A DNA stretch of 64,000 nt, taken from a virus. Made by a program: the position numbers and the translations under genes. This document shows, piece after piece, positions 54,118 through 61,128 of this stretch. The first letter of the stretch is position 1. Each line of letters opens with the position of its first letter. The DNA lies in IMG/VR virus record IMGVR_UViG_3300010370_002417, positions 1 to 64,000 of that record; one strand, 5' to 3'. The notes below the pieces were generated by a model that saw only the letters and a list, made by a program, of their open reading frames with translations, made no database searches and was not told the origin of the DNA.

Positions 54118-55567
54118 TCCTTAGCTTGATAGCGTGCAGTTCATAAGGAAACCCTTCGCTATTATACATCTTGACACGTTCAATAAGATGATTGAGAGTA
54201 TAGTTTTTCTTATTGCTGTGTGACAGATTATCAGCGATATCAAATAGTGTGCAAGTATTCTTTACGTCTGAAATGCGAAGTCCACGACCAATAGATTGCA
54301 GCGTTCTAATACGACTCTTCGTTGGGCTTGCGAATATGACGTTGTGTAGGTTTCTGATATTTATACCCGTCGAGAATGTGCCGTAAGATGCGACGATTAT
54401 AGCATCAGTTTCTTTCTCTACGATACTGCGAATCTCTTCGCGTTCTTCACCGTCAACGCCGCCATGCACGAAAAACACTTTACGATTCTCAGCTTTGTTG
54501 TTTATCAGATCGTAGAGAACTTGTCCATGCTTCTCGACGTATGCGTAGAGTATCAGCGTATTACCTTTGAGCGATAGCGCAAGATTACGGATAAATGTGT
54601 TGCGCGGCGGAAACGAGATTATATGCTCGACTTCTTCCTGATAGCTGCATCCAGCTAGTCGCTTGCATTCTTCGATAGGATGATTGAGCGTAAGAACTTT
54701 CACTTTGAGCTGTGCGAGTTTACCCGTATCAATAAGTTCTTTCGTATCGATGATCTTATGCGTAGGACCAAACAATCCTGTTAGTACAAGCTCGTTGACC
54801 TGCGATCCATCCAGTGTACCAGTAAGACCAAAACGATATTTCGTGTTAGTCATATTAGTCATGATCTTTGTAAGAGACTGCGCTTTGAACAGATGCGCTT
54901 CGTCACCTATGATTAGATCAAACGAATCAAAATACGATTTAGGAAGTTCATAAACCGATTGCCATGTTGAGATGGTAACAGGCTTATTAGATGCTTTGTC
55001 TTGTCCACCAAATACAGTATGAACGTTAGCATCGACATCAAAACCGTAATCAGCAAAATCGGAACGTAGCTGATGAACAAGAGAAATAGTCGGAACAAGT
55101 ATAAGAGCACGACCAGCATAATAACGAACCAATGAGTAGATGATTAGTGACTTACCACTAGCAGTAGGAGAAATGAGAATACCGCGATTGTTCCTAATCG
55201 CCAGAGCAAGTGCGCGTATTTGATGCTCGTGAGCTTCGAATGGTAGATTGAGTGATTGTGTGAACTCTTTTGCTTCTGCAAGAGAATATTCCTCTGTTTC
55301 TATTAAATTGGAATCAACTTCGATGGAGTAGTCGCGTTCTTCGCAGAATTGCTTGATCTCGTTAGCCAGTCCTGCATACGTTTGCATGTTGCGTGAGTTG
55401 AGCAAACGAATCTTTCCATCCCACACACGCGACTTATATTTTGGTGAGAACTTAGCTCCAGGCACTTCAAAAGTTAAATGTTCCGCGAGCTCGCGCGCGA
55501 TACCCATATCGCCGTCTACGCGAAGCCATGCTTCATTTACTTTTGTGAGCTTTAGGTCAGAATCCAT
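54071..55567 (-). CDS. uvsW: SF2 DNA helicase
   Basis: PTASGKS, DEAH, TGT, QSIGRGLR; start taken at the ATG overlapping the uvsY end. Confidence 0.95.
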   Translation of the reverse strand: MDSDLKLTKVNEAWLRVDGDMGIARELAEHLTFEVPGAKFSPKYKSRVWDGKIRLLNSRNMQTYAGLANEIKQFCEERDYSIEVDSNLIETEEYSLAEAKEFTQSLNLPFEAHEHQIRALALAIRNNRGILISPTASGKSLIIYSLVRYYAGRALILVPTISLVHQLRSDFADYGFDVDANVHTVFGGQDKASNKPVTISTWQSVYELPKSYFDSFDLIIGDEAHLFKAQSLTKIMTNMTNTKYRFGLTGTLDGSQVNELVLTGLFGPTHKIIDTKELIDTGKLAQLKVKVLTLNHPIEECKRLAGCSYQEEVEHIISFPPRNTFIRNLALSLKGNTLILYAYVEKHGQVLYDLINNKAENRKVFFVHGGVDGEEREEIRSIVEKETDAIIVASYGTFSTGINIRNLHNVIFASPTKSRIRTLQSIGRGLRISDVKNTCTLFDIADNLSHSNKKNYTLNHLIERVKMYNSEGFPYELHAIKLRSDDATGRRSLFSETE

Positions 55568-55994
55568 TCGTGAACTTTCGCCACTCAATCGCAGACTTGA
55601 TATCGTATCCGCGCTTGTGAATGCACTTCATAATTTCTACGATCACTTCAACCTTTTCTTCGAGCAACGCTATCCGTTCATCCATCTTGATAAGATCGCG
55701 GTCTGAATCTATGTAGCCCTGAACTTCGTTCTTCAGGACTTTGTTAAGAAATGGCTCGCGCCCAATACGTTCGAGATCTTGTGGATTGTTTAGATTGCCA
55801 AGATAATAATCACGGAGCGTGCTATAATGTGACTTCTTCTTAATCATGATCGCGCGCAATTGACTGCGCGTTTCGCTCAGTAGGCGATTGTATTTGGCGT
55901 GTAATGAGGATATGTTAAGAGAGTCGGCGTCCAAGTTAAGATCATCGTACTTGGCGTCTTTTTCCCACATTTCATAAAGTTCTTCAAGGGTCAT
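55557..55994 (-). CDS. uvsY: recombination mediator
   Basis: LHAKY, YYLG, RGYDIKSAIEWRKF. Confidence 0.92.
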   Translation of the reverse strand: MTLEELYEMWEKDAKYDDLNLDADSLNISSLHAKYNRLLSETRSQLRAIMIKKKSHYSTLRDYYLGNLNNPQDLERIGREPFLNKVLKNEVQGYIDSDRDLIKMDERIALLEEKVEVIVEIMKCIHKRGYDIKSAIEWRKFTNGF

Positions 55995-56000
55995 TTTATA

Positions 56001-56029
56001 ATTCTACTACAGATTAAGCCAGTTGTCAA
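56001..56029 (-). promoter_or_regulatory. sigma70 promoter, leaderless geometry (uvsY)
   Basis: TTGACA-17-TAGAAT-6 nt-ATG, no SD. Confidence 0.85.
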
Positions 56030-56094
56030 GAATAAAAATATCTTGACAAGCAAACAGTTTGGCCAAATAATTTGAATGTGTTCAAGCGATCATA

Positions 56095-56640
56095 TTACGT
56101 TTCTAAAACGTAACGGCGATATCTAAATGTGGCTGTAGCTTCGAGATATTCTAACGTGGTGTTAGTCGTATCAAAAGTAAGCTCTGTCAATCCAATTGGA
56201 AACAGATCATAAAAGAAAACATTTTTATTGAGATTCTTGTTACTTGTCAATATCGACAGTACGCCGTCAGAAACGAAAGTCATAGCTGTTCCTATTCCAC
56301 GATACATAGGAACTTCACTTCTAATCTGCTTTGATAGGTTAGTGGTTTGTTCGAGGCTTTCAGGATGTCCTAGTCCTTCAATCCAGGACTGAATCTCAAA
56401 GTAATTTCTAAGATCCTCGTCAACTTTAAATCTAATTGTCAGCGGATCATATGTAATTCTATCCCCAGGACGAGGAACAAATGCAAATGGCGTAGGAGAT
56501 TCAATCGCGACCATAGAAACGGAAGGGAGCGTTACGGTCTGACAGAAATAATTAACGCCAGGCAATCTCTTGATCGCAAAACGAAATCCGTTTTGACCAA
56601 GGAAATTGATATTAGTAGGTTGATTGTCTAATGCTGACAT
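56095..56640 (-). CDS. 3: tail tube terminator/completion protein (gp3-like)
   Basis: NFL..NGFRF, YFCQTVTLP, PGDRITYDPL, VDEDLRNY; position after gp23; late promoter CTAAATA near 56646. Confidence 0.85.
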   Translation of the reverse strand: MSALDNQPTNINFLGQNGFRFAIKRLPGVNYFCQTVTLPSVSMVAIESPTPFAFVPRPGDRITYDPLTIRFKVDEDLRNYFEIQSWIEGLGHPESLEQTTNLSKQIRSEVPMYRGIGTAMTFVSDGVLSILTSNKNLNKNVFFYDLFPIGLTELTFDTTNTTLEYLEATATFRYRRYVLET

Positions 56641-56654
56641 ATCACTATTTAGTC

Positions 56655-56682
56655 AAAAAAAAGGGAGAGCCGAAGCTCTCCC
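56655..56682 (-). terminator. intrinsic terminator after gp23
   Basis: GGGAGAGC-TTCG-GCTCTCCC-TTTTTTTT. Confidence 0.92.
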
Positions 56683-56709
56683 AGTTTGCGGCTTGAAACC
56701 GTCTTCTTA

Positions 56710-58104
56710 TTACATAAGGTTCGTAACAGCAACGAAGCGATAGTAGAGGTTCGCCTTTGCGTCGCCGAACGAGCCGATCGTGCCGTCTGCAGTCGACGTT
56801 GCGAATGGGTTTGCAACCATGCCGTAACGTGTCTTGAAGCCGATCTTTGGCTGGAACGTATCCTGACCAACGGCGCGAACCATCTGGAGAGGAACGTATG
56901 GGCAGTAGAACAGACCGGCGTCGAAAGCTGAAGAGCCCTTATAGCCGAGTGTGAAGTACTGCTTGCCAGAAGACGATGTGAAGTATGGGTCGATATAGAC
57001 CTTGATACGTCCATTGAGAACACCAGCGAAGGTGTTGCCCGTGTCGTCGACGTTGAGGTTGTTAGCAAGAGCTGGGGTGTAGTCCAGAACGCCTGCCATC
57101 TGAAGAGCTGATGCAACGTCCGATCCGCAGATCAGAACGTTACCCTTGCCGCGGCGGGTTGCCTTAGCAATCTGGTTAGCTTCGCGCTCGATCTGGAACA
57201 GAAGTCCCTTGAACTTCTCAACCATCCAACGACCGTTTGAGTCAACGTCGAGGTTAAACGTACCAGCAGTTGTTACGTTTTCCTGAGCGCCAGCCGAAGC
57301 GGTGTAGTTGATTGTACGAACAACTTCTCTGTTGATTTCCGAAAGGATTTCAGCAGCGAGGATGTTGGAGAGCTCGGTCTCAGCGTCGAGGCCGTGGATA
57401 GCCTTGAGATCCTGAGCGAGTTCCATCGTGTACTCAGCCTTCAGAGCACGCGATACGGCTGTAACAGCAACCTTCTCGATCGAGAAAGCCATTTCCTGGA
57501 AGCCGTTAGCAGCTCCGTCGCCGAGAGCTTCAGCAGCGGAACGTGACATACCGGTCGAAACGGTATAGCCAGAAGCGCCAGCCTTTACACGACCCGTTGG
57601 ATCGCTGCCGTCCTGAACACGTCCGGTTGAAGAGTTAGCAACAACCTTACGTGAAGCTGTGTTACCAGCAGCAGAAGCAGAGAAGGTTGTGTTAGCTTCG
57701 TTGAAGAGAGCTTCCGAACCACCCTGTGTGCTGTAACGTGAACGCATTGCGAAGATCAGGCCTGTTGGACCTGTCATTGGCTGAACGCCGCAGATATCGT
57801 ATGCGATCAGGTTTGGCATGGAACGACGAACCAGCGAGATGAGAACTGGATCGAACGTGTCGATCGAGCCGTCACCTGCTGTGGATGACGAAGCACCCAT
57901 AGCGTTGATTGGAGCAGCTTCGCCCAGGAGACCTGGAGCGCGATATCCGCCCGAACCGAATGAATCTTCACGAGCAGCCTTCTCCTGATTCTCAAGGAGC
58001 TGAGCCACTACGCTACGACGATGAACGTCCTTAATGGGAGCCAGATCAGGATGTTCCAGGACTGGCTGCCACTTCTTCTGAATTGTCTCGTTCAGAGATT
58101 GCAT
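56710..58104 (-). CDS. 23: major capsid protein (gp23)
   Basis: KWQPVL, GVQPMTGPTGLIFAMR, ELAQDLKAIHGLDA, FQPKIGFKTRYG. Confidence 0.98.
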   Translation of the reverse strand: MQSLNETIQKKWQPVLEHPDLAPIKDVHRRSVVAQLLENQEKAAREDSFGSGGYRAPGLLGEAAPINAMGASSSTAGDGSIDTFDPVLISLVRRSMPNLIAYDICGVQPMTGPTGLIFAMRSRYSTQGGSEALFNEANTTFSASAAGNTASRKVVANSSTGRVQDGSDPTGRVKAGASGYTVSTGMSRSAAEALGDGAANGFQEMAFSIEKVAVTAVSRALKAEYTMELAQDLKAIHGLDAETELSNILAAEILSEINREVVRTINYTASAGAQENVTTAGTFNLDVDSNGRWMVEKFKGLLFQIEREANQIAKATRRGKGNVLICGSDVASALQMAGVLDYTPALANNLNVDDTGNTFAGVLNGRIKVYIDPYFTSSSGKQYFTLGYKGSSAFDAGLFYCPYVPLQMVRAVGQDTFQPKIGFKTRYGMVANPFATSTADGTIGSFGDAKANLYYRFVAVTNLM

Positions 58105-58129
58105 TTTCTTATTTCTCCTAATTTACCTA

Positions 58130-59233
58130 TTACTTCTTGATTCCGCGAGCGATCGCGTTCATATAAGCAGCCATTTCAACTGGAACCTGTTTTTCAGCGA
58201 CGTCGTCGCCCACTGGTTCCTCATCGAGAGTTACGCTTTCAGACAAAGTCCCGGCCGAAGACTTTGAAGGGAAGTAGCTCTCACGAAGAGTTCCAACCTT
58301 CTTCTTGAATGATTCAACATCCTCGAAGTCGATGGACTCAGAAAGTGAAGACAGCTTTGCAACTTGCGTATCTGTCAGGCCTTCTGAAACTTCTGCGAAC
58401 GCGAGTGAGCGTTCGAATTCCTTGATGCGAGCAGTAAGCTCAACATTCTTCTCGATTTCTTCGTTGATTGCAGACTCGAGAACTTCTACCTGAGAAGCAA
58501 GCTCTTCTGCAACGTCAACGGCGTCGTCTGGAATGTCGATGTAGTGCTCTTCGAACAGACCCTTCAGTCCGTTCATGAACGACTCAACGATCTCAGCCTT
58601 AAGACCGCGCTCGATAGCAACGGCGTTGTTTTCCATCCACTGCTCAACAACATAATCGAGATATGTGTCGATGCGCTCAACGAGTTCTTCGTTGATCGTT
58701 GTGGTTTCTTCGCTGATAGTAGCCTGAACTTGCTCGTCGAGAGCTTCGATCTGCTCGTTTACCTTGGAAAGAACAGCAGCTTCGAATACCTGAGTAGCCT
58801 TAGCGATGAACTCTTCGGAAACGTCGGCACCAGCAAAGATAGCCTTGATATCTTCGGTTACGTCGATATCCTCGGCTGTCAGCTTTGCGAGCTTCATTTC
58901 TGTCTCCTCAGCAACGCGGCCCTTTGGACTAACAGATGAACCCTGCATTGGATTTGTCTTGTCGCCCTTGAATGAATCATAAGCGGCTGATACTTCCGCC
59001 TTCTTCATGCCGGTAAGAGCCTGAACCATTGCATTGATCATTCCGACCTTTGTATATGGCTTGATTCCAGAGCCCTGTGTCATTGGGCCTGACTTCTCAC
59101 CCTGCTGGGCAACACCACCAGGAACTGCGGCCTGAACTCCAGTAGGGTCAGCGACCTCAGCGTCAACGCCGTAGCTCGCCTTCTTTGCTTCTTGCATGTC
59201 GAGCTTTTCGACATTTGTGTCCTGAACTGACAT
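58130..59233 (-). CDS. 22: prohead core scaffold (gp22)
   Basis: Acidic coiled coil; YLDYVVEQWMENN, LFEEHYI, LRESYF. Confidence 0.92.
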   Translation of the reverse strand: MSVQDTNVEKLDMQEAKKASYGVDAEVADPTGVQAAVPGGVAQQGEKSGPMTQGSGIKPYTKVGMINAMVQALTGMKKAEVSAAYDSFKGDKTNPMQGSSVSPKGRVAEETEMKLAKLTAEDIDVTEDIKAIFAGADVSEEFIAKATQVFEAAVLSKVNEQIEALDEQVQATISEETTTINEELVERIDTYLDYVVEQWMENNAVAIERGLKAEIVESFMNGLKGLFEEHYIDIPDDAVDVAEELASQVEVLESAINEEIEKNVELTARIKEFERSLAFAEVSEGLTDTQVAKLSSLSESIDFEDVESFKKKVGTLRESYFPSKSSAGTLSESVTLDEEPVGDDVAEKQVPVEMAAYMNAIARGIKK

Positions 59234-59274
59234 ATTAATATTCTCCCTCAGGGTTGTAGAAGATTCTTCTAGTT

Positions 59275-59282
59275 TATTTATA
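59275..59282 (-). promoter_or_regulatory. T4-type late promoter
   Basis: TATAAATA upstream of gp22. Confidence 0.88.
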
Positions 59283-59295
59283 AAAATGACGCCAT

Positions 59296-59949
59296 TTAGA
59301 GTTTCTTGAGGAACTTATTAAACGCATTGAGCAGAATTGCTTCACGCTCCTCGCGAGTGCTATATCCCTCGTTAATCTCTGCCTTGATTCGAGCAACGTC
59401 CTTTTCTACGAGGATGCCGTTGTCCCAAACCCACTCTTTACCTTCCATGATTCCATTAGCGAGTGCTGCTGGGGCCGATGGATCGGCAACGATATCTGCA
59501 GCCGTAGCAAGATAGAAGTCTTTCTGTACTTCCATCAGATCGCCTCTCTTAACGAGCGATCCCATGCCACGAGAAGAGAACCCGAGTTTGGCTCCTTCTT
59601 TCATCAGATTCTTTACGATGTTTCCGTACGGTGTGTCCATGATCTTAACGCGGCCGACGAAATTATCGCCTTCCTGACGCAGTGACTTGATCATGTGTGA
59701 AACGCGCTCGAGATTGATGGTTGGTCCTTGTGGATGACCAAGCTCGCCGTAAGCGCGGTTCTGCTCAACGAACTCACGATTGTAACGTGAAACTTCGTTG
59801 GCTAGTGTTTCGGTAGGATACATACGACCATTTTTGTTCTTGAGATTACCCTGCATCAGGATACCTTCAAGAAAATACTGTTTCTCACCTGCTTCATTAG
59901 ATTCTGTGATGATCTGTATGTTTTCGTTAACTTCGCAGATGAGTTTCAT
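59296..59949 (-). CDS. 21: prohead protease (gp21)
   Basis: NKNGRMY, GELGHP, SSRGMG, DIVADPS. Confidence 0.96.
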   Translation of the reverse strand: MKLICEVNENIQIITESNEAGEKQYFLEGILMQGNLKNKNGRMYPTETLANEVSRYNREFVEQNRAYGELGHPQGPTINLERVSHMIKSLRQEGDNFVGRVKIMDTPYGNIVKNLMKEGAKLGFSSRGMGSLVKRGDLMEVQKDFYLATAADIVADPSAPAALANGIMEGKEWVWDNGILVEKDVARIKAEINEGYSTREEREAILLNAFNKFLKKL

Positions 59950-60335
59950 TAGTATTGCGAGCCTCCGGCAATAGAAACGGTTTTATGCAACTTGAGAACA
60001 AGTGTTGCGGGACCAGTTCCAACTTTTGTTACAACAACATTTGAAGTCGCTTCTGCGTCGCCATTGTCGATGAGACGTGAATCAGAAAAATCCATAACGT
60101 GCTGACCGTCTGTTAACAGCAGAATTGTGTTTGAGCCGCGCTGAACTACCCAGTGTACGTTGTTACCGCAAGACCACTCAGCTGAAACAATGTTCATACG
60201 AGTGACGTTTTCGCCTGCGGAATTAGCACCAATTGTAGCTGTTGGATGATTTCTTTTAATGAAACCACTAGCGTTGAACTTGGCGATGAACCATCCGCCT
60301 TTAACGTGCTTGTTTACAATTCCTTCTGCAGCCAT
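59949..60335 (-). CDS. hypothetical protein in the head cluster
   Basis: ORF coupled (TAATG) to both neighbours. Confidence 0.7.
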   Translation of the reverse strand: MAAEGIVNKHVKGGWFIAKFNASGFIKRNHPTATIGANSAGENVTRMNIVSAEWSCGNNVHWVVQRGSNTILLLTDGQHVMDFSDSRLIDNGDAEATSNVVVTKVGTGPATLVLKLHKTVSIAGGSQY

Positions 60336-60901
60336 TATTCATCTCCGAGTGATTCTACAACGAAGTCAAGAATCTTCTCAAAAGAATCTGCGCTTTCGTT
60401 GACGGCTGCACGGAATACTTCGCGATTGCCTGTATTCAGATTTTCATAAACCTGATGGAGAGCATCCCAAGTATCTTGATTGATTTCGATTGCATCCCCG
60501 TTCAGCAGATCAATATAAACGATGTCTTCGTCAGACTCGCTGATTACTGGCTGATTAACGAAGAGTGATTCTTTGAACGCTTGAACTGAAGAAGGAGACT
60601 GACGTACTGGCTTCATATCGCCTTGTGTCTTGTCAGCGCGTGTCAGTGGCGTCTTGCTGCCTTTGAATCCAGATTGATCCTTAAGATCGGAAGTTCCCTG
60701 CTTGATAGGAGAGCGATCGCCGTTCTCTGGTTGATGCTCAGCTTGCTTGGTCTCACCACCCTTGCTTGATACAGGATAATCTTTTACTTCGCGAGTATGC
60801 GCATCAGCAAAATCAACTTCTCCCTGAGCGCGCGGTCTAAGAGCGGCCGCTTCAGGATTTGCTTTGTCTAGAGCCTCACGCAGTTGTCTGAACGTCTTCA
60901 T
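60335..60901 (-). CDS. putative prohead core protein (gp68 position)
   Basis: MKTFRQLREA N-terminus; several xxE-S/A sites; synteny. Confidence 0.6.
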   Translation of the reverse strand: MKTFRQLREALDKANPEAAALRPRAQGEVDFADAHTREVKDYPVSSKGGETKQAEHQPENGDRSPIKQGTSDLKDQSGFKGSKTPLTRADKTQGDMKPVRQSPSSVQAFKESLFVNQPVISESDEDIVYIDLLNGDAIEINQDTWDALHQVYENLNTGNREVFRAAVNESADSFEKILDFVVESLGDE

Positions 60902-61085
60902 CTGAAATATTCTCCTGTTCTGCGGGCTCTTCTGCCTGAGAATTAAACATGGAAGAAGCGATCTCGATCTTTCTCAGCTCGAGGGCGTCTTGAATCTTTG
61001 TTGCTATAGCAGCACCAATGGCGTCACGAAACTCCGCGGCGTTCTCGTTTGATGCGGCTTGAATAGCAGTGTAAATATGTTCCAT
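60876..61085 (-). CDS. putative prohead core protein (gp67-like)
   Basis: Small acidic protein, KIQDALELRKIEIASSMF; follows a late promoter. Confidence 0.65.
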   Translation of the reverse strand: MEHIYTAIQAASNENAAEFRDAIGAAIATKIQDALELRKIEIASSMFNSQAEEPAEQENISDEDVQTTA

Positions 61086-61108
61086 TATGATACCTCAACT
61101 TGTGATTC

Positions 61109-61116
61109 TATTTATA
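61109..61116 (-). promoter_or_regulatory. T4-type late promoter
   Basis: TATAAATA. Confidence 0.85.
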
Positions 61117-61128
61117 AAAAACATCTTG

